Positions 11,284-22,350 of a stretch of 64,000 nucleotides of DNA are shown piece by piece; within the stretch, counting starts at the first letter, position 1; every line of letters starts with the position of its first letter. A program made the position numbers and the translations under genes. The stretch spans positions 32,001 to 96,000 of the forward strand of contig CAVYAN010000105.1 of the NCBI GenBank assembly GCA_963766075.1, written 5' to 3'. The DNA comes from an uncultured cyanobacterium (GTDB lineage Bacteria > Cyanobacteriota > Cyanobacteriia > Leptolyngbyales > Leptolyngbyaceae). The notes under the pieces were generated by a model that had not been told where the DNA came from, searched no databases, and saw only the letters and a list, made by a program, of their open reading frames with translations.

Positions 11284-14200
11284 TCAGGCGATCGCCGAAT
11301 TCGCCATTGCGGCATACTGCTTCAGCGCAATTTTGAGATACTGCCCTGTAAATGACTGGGGATTCTGGGCCACATCCTCTGGCGTGCCAAAGGCAACGAT
11401 TTCTCCGCCGCGATCGCCCCCCTCCGGGCCTAAATCAATCAACCAATCACTACAGCGAATCACGTCCATATTATGTTCAATCACCAAAATGGAGTTGCCC
11501 TTGTCAACCAACCGCTGCATCACATCCAACAACTTATGGACATCATAAAATGACAAACCAGTCGTCGGTTCGTCAATTAAATACAGCGTTTTTCCCGTCG
11601 CTCGTCGAGACAATTCCGTCGCCAACTTGACCCGCTGCGCCTCACCACCCGACAGCGTAGGAGCCGTTTGTCCCAGACGCACGTAGCCCAAGCCCACATC
11701 GGATAGGGTTTGCAATTTCACCGCGGCTTGGGGAATGTTTTGGAAAAAATCTACGGCTTCATCAACGGTCATATCCAAAACATCAGCGATGGATTTACCC
11801 TTAAACTTCACCTGTAACGTCTCCCGGTTATAGCGCGCCCCCTTGCAGACTTCGCACTGGACATAAACATCCGGCAGGAAGTTCATTTCAATCACATTAA
11901 CACCCTGACCACCACAGGCTTCACATCGTCCACCCTTGACGTTAAAGGAAAACTGCCCCGGCTTGTAGCCCCTAGCCTTGGCCTCGATCGTGCCGGAAAA
12001 CACATCCCGGACAATATCAAATACACCCGTATAGGTGGCGGGATTAGAGCGGGGCGTGCGGCCAATCGGGGACTGATCAATGACGATCGCCTTATCCAGG
12101 GCATTCAGCCCAGTCAGTTGATCCATGTGTTTGGGTAGGGGAACCTTACTGCCAAAGTGATGTTGCAGAGAGGGGTAAAGCAGTTCATTCACCAGCGTTG
12201 ATTTCCCGGAACCCGACACTCCCGTAATGCAGACCAGCTTGCCCAGGGGGATTTCCACATCGATATGCTTGAGATTATTGCGGTGGGCATTTTGGATGAT
12301 CAGCGATCGCCCATTACCCGGTCTGCGTCCCGCCGGAGTCAGAATCACTTCCCGTCCAGAAAGATACGCCCCAGTCAACGATTCCGGTGCATTTAAGACA
12401 TTTTCTAGACTACCCTGGGCAATAATTCGGCCCCCATGCACGCCCGCCCCTGGCCCAATATCCACCACATGATCCGCCGCTCGCATGGTTTCTTCATCAT
12501 GCTCAACCACAATTAACGTGTTGCCCAAGTCCCGCAACTTGATCAGCGTATTCAGCAGCCGCGTATTGTCCCGTTGGTGCAGCCCAATGCTGGGCTCATC
12601 TAAGACATACAGCACGCCCGTTAATCCAGACCCAATTTGGGTGGCTAGACGAATCCGCTGGGCCTCCCCACCCGAAAGCGTCATCGCCGCCCGATCGAGG
12701 GATAAATAATCCAGCCCCACATCTAACAGAAACTGCAATCGGGCCTTAATTTCCCGGAGCACTAAGTCCGCAATTTGGGCCTGCCGCGAACTCAGATGCA
12801 GATCATTCACCCGATTTAAACATTCCCGGATCGAGACACTGGACAGCTCGTGAATGCGGTATTGGCCCATGCGCACCGCCAAGGCTTCTGGCTTCAGCCG
12901 CTTGCCACTGCACACGTCGCAGGGCTGCTCAACCAGATATTGCTCCATTTTTTGCTTCTGAGGATCGGACCCCGCTTCTTGATATTGTCGCTCCAGGATC
13001 GGCAGAATTCCTTCGTAGCGGCGGTTATAGCCTTTGTTCTCGCGATAGCGGGAATCCACTTCGATCCAAATGGGATCCTTGGAGCCGTGCAGCAAAACAT
13101 TTTGCTGCTCTGCGCTCAAATCTTTCCAGGCAGTTTTGAGGTCAAAGCCAAAGGCCGTGGCCACACTGAACAGTAGGGAAAGGTAGTAGGTATTGTCTTT
13201 ATCAGACCAAGGAGCGATCGCCGCGTACACGGGCAGCTCGGGGTTGGGAATCACCAGTTCTGCCGAAAACTTGCGATGGTAGCCCAAGCCGTGGCAAGCA
13301 GGGCAGGCCCCGTAGGGCGAGTTAAAGGAAAAGAGGCGGGGAGATAGCTCCTCCATCACAGCCCCATGGTCTGGGCAGGCAAAGTTTTCAGAAAATACCA
13401 ACGGCGAAACGGGCTTGTCCGGGGATTGGTCCGGCGTGGTGAAAGACTCTGCCGTTTTAGCCAATCCATAGTCGCCGCCCTTTTCGGCGGCCTTTAGAGA
13501 CTTACGATCCGACAGTTCGATCACTTTGCCTTTTTCAGCGGATCGCGCCGACGGCGTTTCATCCGCAATAATATCGATCACGGCAATGCCTTCAGCATGG
13601 CGCAGACAAGTGCTGAGGGAATCGACCAGGCGTTCTTGAATATCGGCTTTTTTGACGAGGCGATCGACCACAATTTCAATCGTGTGGGTTTGGTTTTTAT
13701 CGAGCTCGATCGCATCACTCAGTTCCCGCACTTCGCCGTTAATCCGAACCCGCACAAACCCTTCGGCAGCAAGGCTGGATAACAGCTTTTTGTGAGTGCC
13801 CTTCTTGCCCCGCACTACCGGAGCCAGGATTTGAAACCGCGTGCGATCTGGCAATTCCATAATGCGATCGCACATTTGGTCAATGGACTGGGGCGCAATG
13901 GAGCGATCGCACTGGGGGCAATGCGGCTCCCCGGCCCGCCCGTACAGCAACCGCATATAGTCATAAATTTCTGTGACGGTGCCCACGCTCGAACGGGGAT
14001 TATGGGAAGTGGACTTTTGGTCAATGGAAATGGCAGGACTCAGTCCCTCGATCGCATCGACATCCGGCTTATCCACCTGACCCAAAAACTGACGGGCATA
14101 GGCGCTGAGGGACTCAACGTAGCGGCGCTGGCCTTCAGCAAAGATTGTGTCAAAGGCCAAGGAAGACTTGCCCGAACCGGATACACCTGTGAACACGATT

Positions 14201-14403
14201 AAGCGATCGCGCGGCAGTTCCAAGTCAATATTTTTCAGGTTGTGCTGCCGTGCCCCCCGAATGCGAATCATGTTCCGATCTGTATCCCGACCGGCTGGAG
14301 AAATATCCCCCCCAGTTTCTCCCACACTGGGGGGGATAGCTTGCGCGTCAGCCGCTTTCTTGGCGGAACTCCGATTACTTCGAGCATTCGCAGATTGGGG
14401 CAT
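11284..14403 (-). CDS. uvrA: Excinuclease ABC subunit A
   Basis: GARQHNLKN, two ABC ATPase domains (GVSGSGKS, LSGGEAQR) and CxxC zinc fingers. The start codon is uncertain. Confidence 0.97.
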   Translation of the reverse strand: MPQSANARSNRSSAKKAADAQAIPPSVGETGGDISPAGRDTDRNMIRIRGARQHNLKNIDLELPRDRLIVFTGVSGSGKSSLAFDTIFAEGQRRYVESLSAYARQFLGQVDKPDVDAIEGLSPAISIDQKSTSHNPRSSVGTVTEIYDYMRLLYGRAGEPHCPQCDRSIAPQSIDQMCDRIMELPDRTRFQILAPVVRGKKGTHKKLLSSLAAEGFVRVRINGEVRELSDAIELDKNQTHTIEIVVDRLVKKADIQERLVDSLSTCLRHAEGIAVIDIIADETPSARSAEKGKVIELSDRKSLKAAEKGGDYGLAKTAESFTTPDQSPDKPVSPLVFSENFACPDHGAVMEELSPRLFSFNSPYGACPACHGLGYHRKFSAELVIPNPELPVYAAIAPWSDKDNTYYLSLLFSVATAFGFDLKTAWKDLSAEQQNVLLHGSKDPIWIEVDSRYRENKGYNRRYEGILPILERQYQEAGSDPQKQKMEQYLVEQPCDVCSGKRLKPEALAVRMGQYRIHELSSVSIRECLNRVNDLHLSSRQAQIADLVLREIKARLQFLLDVGLDYLSLDRAAMTLSGGEAQRIRLATQIGSGLTGVLYVLDEPSIGLHQRDNTRLLNTLIKLRDLGNTLIVVEHDEETMRAADHVVDIGPGAGVHGGRIIAQGSLENVLNAPESLTGAYLSGREVILTPAGRRPGNGRSLIIQNAHRNNLKHIDVEIPLGKLVCITGVSGSGKSTLVNELLYPSLQHHFGSKVPLPKHMDQLTGLNALDKAIVIDQSPIGRTPRSNPATYTGVFDIVRDVFSGTIEAKARGYKPGQFSFNVKGGRCEACGGQGVNVIEMNFLPDVYVQCEVCKGARYNRETLQVKFKGKSIADVLDMTVDEAVDFFQNIPQAAVKLQTLSDVGLGYVRLGQTAPTLSGGEAQRVKLATELSRRATGKTLYLIDEPTTGLSFYDVHKLLDVMQRLVDKGNSILVIEHNMDVIRCSDWLIDLGPEGGDRGGEIVAFGTPEDVAQNPQSFTGQYLKIALKQYAAMANSAIA

Positions 14404-14456
14404 ACAGGCAACAGGAAACAAGTCTTAATGATTCTATCGCTCCTAGAGGCTGATCA

Positions 14457-14504
14457 CCAGTATTAACGATCTAGAGCAGGCCAGTATTAAGGATCTAGAG
14501 CAGG
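14457..14504. repeat. 24-bp direct repeat, 2 copies, upstream of uvrA
   Basis: CCAGTATTAA(C/G)GATCTAGAGCAGG twice in tandem. Confidence 0.9.
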
Positions 14505-14521
14505 ACGGGCAGAGTTCTCCT

Positions 14522-15082
14522 TCAGCCTGCCTGTACCCGAGCCAGGGGCGTGGGCAATCCATCGATACTAACGCGATTGTTCTGGCGATGATAGTCCTGT
14601 AACCCAGCGGCTCCTTTCTGGGTCGCCCAAGTGACCAAGCCTTCGCGCTGTGTCACGGGTTCGTAAAGGGGCACTCCCATGCCACAGGAAGTCTGGATAC
14701 GATCAAGATCAGCAACAATGATTTGCCGCGTCCCCGGCAGCAGTGTAAATTCCGCAGACAGGGCGTCCCACTCGGCATCCTCGGGCAAAACCGTGTAACC
14801 ACGGCCATACAGGCGCAAAATCTTGGGCGGTCCCTGAAAGGCACAAAACATGAGGGTAATCCGTCTATTTTCCTGTAAATGGGCAGAGGTTTCATTGCCG
14901 CTACCCGTCACATCGAGATAGGCCACGCGGGTGGGCGAAAGCATCCGAAAGCTATCAAAGCCCTTGGGTGACAGGTTGACATGTCCCGTAGAGCCGAGGG
15001 GCGCGGTAGCCACGAAAAACATCTGCTGAGCAGTAATGAAGTGGCAGAGATCGTCGGTGATGCGATCGAATAATTTGGCCAT
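14522..15082 (-). CDS. Pyridoxamine 5'-phosphate oxidase family FMN-binding protein
   Basis: Motifs FFVATAP...HVNLSPKG, YLDVTGSGNET and QTSCGMGVP. Confidence 0.88.
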   Translation of the reverse strand: MAKLFDRITDDLCHFITAQQMFFVATAPLGSTGHVNLSPKGFDSFRMLSPTRVAYLDVTGSGNETSAHLQENRRITLMFCAFQGPPKILRLYGRGYTVLPEDAEWDALSAEFTLLPGTRQIIVADLDRIQTSCGMGVPLYEPVTQREGLVTWATQKGAAGLQDYHRQNNRVSIDGLPTPLARVQAG

Positions 15083-15172
15083 AGAAAATTCCCTAGAATT
15101 AACGGCACCAAACCCGTGAAGCTGTCCAAGGGGCGTCTTGCCGACTCAAGCGTTTTGATTCAAGCACTTAAA

Positions 15173-15442
15173 TCAAAATGCTTGAATCCATTCCTTGACG
15201 GTGTATTCGGTCCAAATACCGTTTTTCCAATAAGGATCCCCTTCGATCAGGTGGCGTACCGTCGCTTCATCGGCAGCGTCATAGAGGCCAAACACCTGGG
15301 TTAAATCCTGAGTGGGACCAATGGTGAGTAGCACACCCGTCGCTTTTTGCTGGGCCAGACCATCCAAGTGGGCTTGGCGATAAGGAACTCGCTTTTCCAG
15401 CACATCGTCACAATAACGGCCCCAAAGCACGTATTTTGTCAT
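15173..15442 (-). CDS. YciI family protein
   Basis: Reads MTKYVLWG..D..EKRVPYRQAHL...IGPT...DPYWKNGIW. Confidence 0.85.
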   Translation of the reverse strand: MTKYVLWGRYCDDVLEKRVPYRQAHLDGLAQQKATGVLLTIGPTQDLTQVFGLYDAADEATVRHLIEGDPYWKNGIWTEYTVKEWIQAF

Positions 15443-15539
15443 AGGAAACAAGGAGGGGGGTAAGAAATTAAAAAGGAAGAAGAGGAACAATCAAATCAAC
15501 AATTCCACGAGATAGGGATAGAGAGAATTTCCCCACCCC

Positions 15540-18110
15540 CTAGCTCCGCAGTTCTACACGGAATTTTTCGACGAGCGCTTCCCGAACCTTTTGATGCACG
15601 GGTTCAATATCAGCGTCGGTCAACGTGCGATCGCCCGCCCGATACACCAGCCGAAACGCCAAACTGCGCTGCGCTGCCGTCACATTTTGGCCGCGATACT
15701 CATCAAATAAGCTGACACTATCCAAAAGTTTGCCGCCCATCTTGCGCATAGTCCGCTCCAAGTCGGCCACAGTAACCTGGGTAGATACAAAGAAAGCTAG
15801 ATCGCGATCGGAGGGTGGATAGGTAGAATAGGCTTGGAAAACGGGCACCCGCACCGATTCCCGATCCATAAAGTCAAAGGCCACATCCACCTGGAGCTCA
15901 AAGGCGTAGACTTCATCGGGCAAACCCCGTTCCTGTCGCAGTTGGGGGTGCAATTGGCCAAAGGTACCCAAGCGCGTGCCATTAACCCAAAGGGACGCCG
16001 TCCGCCCCGGATGCAGACGGGCATCCCGGCGATCGGGCTGGAATTCCACCGGCAACCCCAGCCGCTGTAACACACTTTCCAGTAGCCCTTTAGCCGCAAA
16101 CCAGTCCATCGGCTGCGATCGCCCACTCCGCATCCAGCGCCCCTGACTCGGATCGCCCCCCATGATACCCCCTAGGGACTCTGCCTCTAGCAAGCCATCC
16201 TCATCGGTCCAAAAAACCTGACCGATTTCAAAGGCATTCAGGGGGCCATTTCCCTGCTCCAAATTGTATTGAAAGGCATCGATTAAGCCCCCCATCAAGT
16301 CTGTGCGCAGGGCTGAAAATTCCGTAAACAAAGGATTCCTCAGCACAATTTGGCGATCGTCTCCCGGCTTACCCAAGGAATAATGCATCACCTCCGTCAG
16401 CCCGATCGCGCGGAACGCCTCCCGCAATCGCCGCTTCAGCATTTGCTCAATCGACAAATAGCCAAATTCCGCCTGGGCAGGCAACGTTTCCTCAAAATTG
16501 TTGTAGCCGTAAACCCGAGCAATTTCTTCAATCAGGTCAATTTCCCGCTCCAAGTCCCGATATCGGTAGGGGGTCGTCACCGTCCAACCCTCAATTTCGC
16601 CCTCAATTTCGCCCTCAATTTCGCGCTCGGCGGCGTCCTCAACTGGGCTAGCGGCACCTCCCGCAACAACGGCCAGAGGCGACAGCACACAGCCCAAGGC
16701 CGTCAGAATCCGCTCAATTTCAGATGCGGGCAGTGCCCCAGTCTCTGGCGTACCCGCCTCGTCGGCTAACCGCACATCCCCCAGTACTTGATGCACTCGA
16801 TCCAGGCGCAGCTTCACAGAGCGCGTCAGGTTACCACTGCGGGCATCGGCGGTAACTTGGCTGACCACCGTGCCACTGGCCAATTGCTGCAATAACTCCA
16901 GCGCCCGGGCGCAAGCCACTTCGAGTTCCGCTTGGTTCACGCCCCGTTCGTAGCGGGCCGAGGCTTCTGTGCGCATGCCCAGCGATCGCGCCGATCGCCG
17001 CACCACCGCTGGATCAAACAGCGCCGCCTCCAACAACAAATTCTGGGTTTCCGGCTGCACCTCCGTGGCCGCCCCGCCCATCACACCCGCCAAGGCCACA
17101 GGCCGATTCCCTGCCGTAATCAGCAACGTCTGCCCATTCAATGGCCGCTCTTGGCCATCCAGGGTTTTCAAGGTTTCACCCGCCTCAGCAAAACGCACAC
17201 CCACCTGAAGATCGTCGGCACCGTCACGAGCCACCGAACTGCCCGAAGTCGCGGTCCCCACCGCCAAAAGTGCATCCCGATCAAAGGCGTGGAGTGGTTG
17301 ACCCCACTCCAATAAAATGTAGTTGGTCACATCCACCACATTATTGATGGGACGGGTTCCTGCCGCCTGCAACCGCTGCTGCAACCAGCGGGGCGAAGGG
17401 CCAATCTGTAGACCTTCTACAACAGTGCCAATGTAGGCCGGACAGGCTTGCGCCTCAGCAATAGTCAGAGCCAAACGCTTGCTCCCAGCACCGTCAGCAG
17501 TGGGCACAGCGATCGCTCCAGGCTGGGGCAACTTCAGAGGCAAACCCGTCAATGCCGCTACCTCCCGCGCAATCCCCACCATACTCAAAGCATCCGCCCG
17601 ATTCGCCGTCGAGGTCAAGTCCAAAATCACATCATCCAGCCCCAGCAGCGGCCTGACGTCCATCCCCGGCTGCAATCCCTCTGACACAAAGCTGTGAATC
17701 CCCTCCGATTCCTTGATCAACCCCAATTCCGCCAGAGAGCAAATCATGCCCTTAGACTCAACTCCCCGCAGTTTGGCTGGTTTAATCTTCAACCCCGCCT
17801 CCCCAACCTGAGGCAAAAATGTCCCCAACGTCGCCACAGGCACCCACAGCCCCGCCGCCACATTGGCCGCACCACAGACAATCGTCGAAGGGTCTGCCGC
17901 ACCAATATCTACAGTACAGACACTCAGCTTATCTGCATTGGGATGGGGTTGCCGCTCCAGCACCTTGCCCACTACCACACCCGCTGCCCAGGTCCGACGG
18001 TCTTCAATATCCTCCACCTCGAATCCTGCCATGGTCAGCAAATCGGCCATGGCCTCTGGCGACAGGGTGAAATTGACCAGCTCTCGCAACCAGTTCAGGG
18101 AAATACGCAT
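15540..18110 (-). CDS. pheT: Phenylalanine--tRNA ligase beta subunit
   Basis: Motifs [46 protein letters not shown] and the C-terminal FDX-ACB domain. Confidence 0.97.
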   Translation of the reverse strand: MRISLNWLRELVNFTLSPEAMADLLTMAGFEVEDIEDRRTWAAGVVVGKVLERQPHPNADKLSVCTVDIGAADPSTIVCGAANVAAGLWVPVATLGTFLPQVGEAGLKIKPAKLRGVESKGMICSLAELGLIKESEGIHSFVSEGLQPGMDVRPLLGLDDVILDLTSTANRADALSMVGIAREVAALTGLPLKLPQPGAIAVPTADGAGSKRLALTIAEAQACPAYIGTVVEGLQIGPSPRWLQQRLQAAGTRPINNVVDVTNYILLEWGQPLHAFDRDALLAVGTATSGSSVARDGADDLQVGVRFAEAGETLKTLDGQERPLNGQTLLITAGNRPVALAGVMGGAATEVQPETQNLLLEAALFDPAVVRRSARSLGMRTEASARYERGVNQAELEVACARALELLQQLASGTVVSQVTADARSGNLTRSVKLRLDRVHQVLGDVRLADEAGTPETGALPASEIERILTALGCVLSPLAVVAGGAASPVEDAAEREIEGEIEGEIEGWTVTTPYRYRDLEREIDLIEEIARVYGYNNFEETLPAQAEFGYLSIEQMLKRRLREAFRAIGLTEVMHYSLGKPGDDRQIVLRNPLFTEFSALRTDLMGGLIDAFQYNLEQGNGPLNAFEIGQVFWTDEDGLLEAESLGGIMGGDPSQGRWMRSGRSQPMDWFAAKGLLESVLQRLGLPVEFQPDRRDARLHPGRTASLWVNGTRLGTFGQLHPQLRQERGLPDEVYAFELQVDVAFDFMDRESVRVPVFQAYSTYPPSDRDLAFFVSTQVTVADLERTMRKMGGKLLDSVSLFDEYRGQNVTAAQRSLAFRLVYRAGDRTLTDADIEPVHQKVREALVEKFRVELRS

Positions 18111-18976
18111 ACACTTAACGACTCTGTAATGACAGCCTGACGAGACGCCCGACTATAAATTTATCCCTATGATTCTATCCTTCCGTGGGTTCTCTCTTGA
18201 TTGGCTTTCGCTGAAAAAGCAACGCCCTGATCCTGATCCTGCCCCCAATTGTCTAGCCCTTCCCACTAATCCATCCTGATAAACGCCCTGTCAAGGGCAA
18301 TGCCCCGGTTGACACCCCATGAACTTCCCTCTACCATTTACGGCTTATTCTACTTTTTCAGCACTCTTGCACGGTTAAGTAGATTAGTGCAATTAAATGT
18401 GAAATCAACTCGGCAGACTGACCGCCATGCCTGTGCAAGGCAGGAGTGAGACTGACAGTGCGTCTACTCTTCGAGGGAAGAGTGAGAGAGGTGAATTGCC
18501 CATTTAATGACACTTTAATGACACTGGTCTACTGAAACGTTTAGGGCTTTTCTCAAAGTCGGTAGGGATCCCAAAGCCAATCTCTAACAATTTGGAAGAG
18601 GGAAATGTGCCTAGTATTTAGAGAAGCTGTCCTGAAAATGGCGTTGTATCTAAAATTTGGAAAAGGGAAGTGTACTGGATGGCTGGACAACTTGTTCTGG
18701 AAATTTCGTTTATGGGCAAGTTAAATGAGGGTGGATCTTGAAGAGTTTGTAGAGCCCGTAAAGTTTGGCGATTTAGGGATCCTGAACTTCTGGGGATGCG
18801 TGCATATTAATAGATACATGATCATTGATGCACAGCAGCCTCAGCAGCTCTATCATGGGGGTTTCCCACATTCGGGTTTTCCAGTGAAATTTTCCCTTTT
18901 TTGCGGCTCCTGCTCCGATAATGGTAGGGACGGGTGACGATTATTGATCGATACAAGTCATAGCGAGTGCTGCTAG

Positions 18977-20632
18977 ATGAGCTACTGTCTCAATCCAGAC
19001 TGCCCCAATCCGAATAACACGACCCAAAGCCAGGTGTGTCAGGCTTGTGGTACTGGTCTGATGCTGCGCGATCGCTATCGCATCATGCAGCCCCTAGGGC
19101 AGGGTGGATTTGGCGCGACCTACCTTGCCATTGACGAATCCCTACCGGGACACCCCAATTGCGTGATCAAGCAATTGCGCCCGACGGTGAGCGCCCCCCA
19201 CATTTTGCAAATGGCGCGGGAGCTGTTTGATCGCGAAGCCCAAACCCTGGGGCGCATTGGTAATCATCCTCAGGTGCCTCGCTTGCTGGATTTCTTTGAA
19301 GCAAATCAGGAATTCTATCTTGTCCAAGAATATGTAAGCGGTTACACCCTCCAGCAGGAAGTGAAGCGCGACGGCAAGATTAGTGAGCATGGCGTTAAGC
19401 AAATCCTGAGTGAAATCCTACCCGTGCTGGAATATATCCACAGTAATCGGGTGATTCATCGGGATATTAAGCCGGCCAACATTATTCGTCGCACCCAAGA
19501 TAATCGACTGGTACTCATTGATTTTGGTGCCGTGAAGTATCAGGCGCAACCCCAAGCCGATGCCTCGGAACATACGGCCTTTACGTCCTACGCGATCGGG
19601 ACGCCCGGTTTTGCCCCGCCTGAGCAGATGGCCATGCGTCCGGTGCCCGCCAGCGATATTTATGCCCTCGGGGTAACCTGCATCTATTTGCTGACAGGCA
19701 AATCCCCGAAGGACTTGGACTATGACCCCACCACGGGAGAACTGCTGTGGCAGCGCCATGTCAATATCAGTGAGCACTTTATCAACGTTTTGAAGAAAAT
19801 GCTGGAGGTATCAGTCCGGCATCGCTACCAAACCGCAAACGAAATTTTTCGGGCCTTAGATTTGGAGCCCTATCTCGATAGTTTGGCGAATGGGATGCTG
19901 TCGGCAAAGCCGGGATCCAAGGGCGATCGCCGGAATCCAGACTATCGCCCTGACTCCACAGGCAATGATCTGCCTGCCTCTTCGCCCTCCTCCCCGGCGG
20001 CGCGGGCCGCGATGGCGATTCGGGCACGGCAGTATCGCGCGGATGCCACAAATGTGCAGCCCGGTCCTGCCCGCAACCGGGTCTTGGCCCCACGGACGTC
20101 CAATGTCGCTATGCGCAGCAAAGATTCGACGGGGCAAGGACAAGATTCAGGCAGCAAAGGCCGGGATACGACCGGAGGGGATCGGGCGCGGCCAGTACCC
20201 GCACGATTGGATGCAAACGGGCTGCAAGGGTACTACAGCCGAGGCAAACGCGATTTTTCTGCCCATGATCTCAGCAACCTGAGTTTGCCTCGGGCTAATT
20301 TATCTGGTGCGATGTTTAATCAGGCCAATCTGAGTGGGGTCAATTTGCAGGGGGCCACTCTGCTAGGGACGGATTTTGGTCGGGCCAATCTTACCCGTGC
20401 CAATTTGCGGGATGCGAAGCTGGCCAAAGCCTATCTCAGCAATGCAGATTTGGAGGGAGCCGACCTGCGCGGTGCGGACCTGAGTGCTGCCTACCTGCTG
20501 AATGCCAACCTGCGGGGAGCAAACCTGTGTGGGGCCAATTTATCGGGGGCAAAACTTACGGAAGAACAGTTGGCCTCTGCCCGCACCAATTGGTTCACGG
20601 TGCGGCCCAATGGTAGACGGGGAACAGGGTAA
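18977..20632 (+). CDS. Ser/Thr protein kinase with C-terminal pentapeptide repeats (SpkB-like)
   Basis: N-terminal YCLNPDC zinc ribbon, kinase motifs LGQGGFG, HRDIKPAN, DFG and GTPGFAPPE, then pentapeptide repeats. Confidence 0.92.
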   Translation: MSYCLNPDCPNPNNTTQSQVCQACGTGLMLRDRYRIMQPLGQGGFGATYLAIDESLPGHPNCVIKQLRPTVSAPHILQMARELFDREAQTLGRIGNHPQVPRLLDFFEANQEFYLVQEYVSGYTLQQEVKRDGKISEHGVKQILSEILPVLEYIHSNRVIHRDIKPANIIRRTQDNRLVLIDFGAVKYQAQPQADASEHTAFTSYAIGTPGFAPPEQMAMRPVPASDIYALGVTCIYLLTGKSPKDLDYDPTTGELLWQRHVNISEHFINVLKKMLEVSVRHRYQTANEIFRALDLEPYLDSLANGMLSAKPGSKGDRRNPDYRPDSTGNDLPASSPSSPAARAAMAIRARQYRADATNVQPGPARNRVLAPRTSNVAMRSKDSTGQGQDSGSKGRDTTGGDRARPVPARLDANGLQGYYSRGKRDFSAHDLSNLSLPRANLSGAMFNQANLSGVNLQGATLLGTDFGRANLTRANLRDAKLAKAYLSNADLEGADLRGADLSAAYLLNANLRGANLCGANLSGAKLTEEQLASARTNWFTVRPNGRRGTG

Positions 20633-20655
20633 GGGGAGTCGGATCGCTGATAATA

Positions 20656-20705
20656 GGGGCATCGGGGAGCGGGGCATCGGGGAGCGGGGCATCGGAGAAC
20701 ATCGG
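20656..20705. repeat. 15-bp tandem repeat, about 3.3 copies
   Basis: GGGGCATCGGGGAGC units just downstream of the kinase stop. Confidence 0.9.
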
Positions 20706-20740
20706 ATAGTTGCAGATGGATAGTCGGGCGCGGTGATTTG

Positions 20741-21580
20741 ATGGAACTCAGGAAGGATGAAGTCAGGCTGCCAGAGGCTTTGGGTGGGAATGTTCTGCAA
20801 AAGGAACAGGTTTTTCATGATCGATGGGCTGCGGCCATCGATATTGATGGCATCCAGGTGGCGGATTATTTTGAGGTCTGTACCGCCCCTGAAAACCGCT
20901 TTATCGTGCAGAATTTGGGCGAGGTGCGGGGCAAGTATCTCTTAGATTTGGGCTGCGGGGCCGGGGAAAATAGCGTCTATTTTGCACGGCGGGGAGCCCG
21001 GTGCGTGGCGGCGGACTGCTCACCGGGCATGGTGGATGTAGCGCTAAAACTCGCTGCGGCCTACGGGGTCGAGATTGAAGGCTGTACGGTGGATGCCTTA
21101 GCCATTGCCTTTCCCGATGACACATTTGATATTGTCTACGCCTCGAATTTACTGCACCATATTCCGGATCCCCTGCTGGCCCTGCGGGAAATCCATCGCG
21201 TCTTGAAACCGGGAGGCAAGGTGTGTTTTTGGGATCCGCTCCGGCATAACCCAGTGATTAATGTGTACCGGCGAATGGCAACGGCGGTACGGACGGAGGA
21301 TGAAATGCCGCTGGATATTGGCATTCTGGAGGCGGTGCGATCGCTCTTCTCCCACACAGAAAGTGATACCTTCTGGATTGCCACGCTGTGGATTTTCCTG
21401 CGCTTCTATCTGATCGACCGGATTCATCCGAATGAGGATCGCTACTGGAAAAAAATCATTCGGGAGCATGCGCAGTTGGCCCCCCAGTATCACCGCCTGG
21501 AAGCGGTGGATCGCCTGCTGAAGAAGCTGCCGGGAATGCGGCGCATGGCCTGGAATCTGGCGGTGGTCGCAACCAAATAG
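20741..21580 (+). CDS. Class I SAM-dependent methyltransferase
   Basis: Motifs LLDLGCGAG, FDIVY...LHH and EIHRVLKPGG. Confidence 0.88.
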   Translation: MELRKDEVRLPEALGGNVLQKEQVFHDRWAAAIDIDGIQVADYFEVCTAPENRFIVQNLGEVRGKYLLDLGCGAGENSVYFARRGARCVAADCSPGMVDVALKLAAAYGVEIEGCTVDALAIAFPDDTFDIVYASNLLHHIPDPLLALREIHRVLKPGGKVCFWDPLRHNPVINVYRRMATAVRTEDEMPLDIGILEAVRSLFSHTESDTFWIATLWIFLRFYLIDRIHPNEDRYWKKIIREHAQLAPQYHRLEAVDRLLKKLPGMRRMAWNLAVVATK

Positions 21581-21723
21581 GGCAGCCCGGTTCCATTCCT
21601 GAAATCGCCCGATTCTTATTTGTCGGATTTTTGAAAATCTTTTGGGTTTCCAGAAGAAGTCAGCCGATGGGGGAGAATGGGTTGGATAGAACCGACTCAC
21701 CTAGGACGCAAAGGAACACACAG

Positions 21724-22284
21724 ATGATGAAACGATGGGTGAAACGGAGTGTGGTGGGCTGGCTCAGCCTCGGTGGAGTTTTATTTGCGCTGGAGGGGGC
21801 GATTGCCGCCCAGCCCGCCGATGTGCAGCGGTTGATCAATCAACGGGACTGTCCCAACTGTGATTTGTCCGAGGTCAGCTTGTTCAGCTACATCCTGGAG
21901 GGTGCCAATCTAGAGGGCGCAAACCTGCGCGGAGCCACCTTCCAAGGCTGCAATTTGAATGCGGCCAATCTCTCCAACGCCATGCTGGCAGGGGCAAACC
22001 TAGCGTTGGTGCAATTGCAGCGGGCAATTTTACAGGGCGCAAATTTATCCAAAGCCTACCTTTATGCCACCGATCTCGTCCAGGCAGACCTCAGCGGAGC
22101 TGATCTACGCGAAGCCAATCTAGAAGGCGCAGACCTGCGGGGAGCAAATCTGACTGGCGCAAATTTAGAAAAAGCCAACCTATTTCGGGCCAAGCTGCGC
22201 GGGGCAAATTTGACCGGAGCTAAGCTTGATCGGGCGCGGATGCCCGATGGCAGTGTCTATAAAGGCGATGGGCGCAAACAGTAG
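21724..22284 (+). CDS. Exported pentapeptide repeat protein
   Basis: Signal peptide, CPNCDL, continuous ANL repeats and a MPDG C-terminal cap. Confidence 0.88.
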   Translation: MMKRWVKRSVVGWLSLGGVLFALEGAIAAQPADVQRLINQRDCPNCDLSEVSLFSYILEGANLEGANLRGATFQGCNLNAANLSNAMLAGANLALVQLQRAILQGANLSKAYLYATDLVQADLSGADLREANLEGADLRGANLTGANLEKANLFRAKLRGANLTGAKLDRARMPDGSVYKGDGRKQ

Positions 22285-22350
22285 GACGCCTACTGCGCGG
22301 GGCAGTCGCTATACAATCGAGTTAACTGCTGGATTTTGGAAATCGCCTTT

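Noticed and set aside
18412..18500. tRNA gene
   Set aside because: There is no GTTC T-loop, no 7-bp acceptor stem and no canonical anticodon arm. Kept only as a candidate structured RNA.
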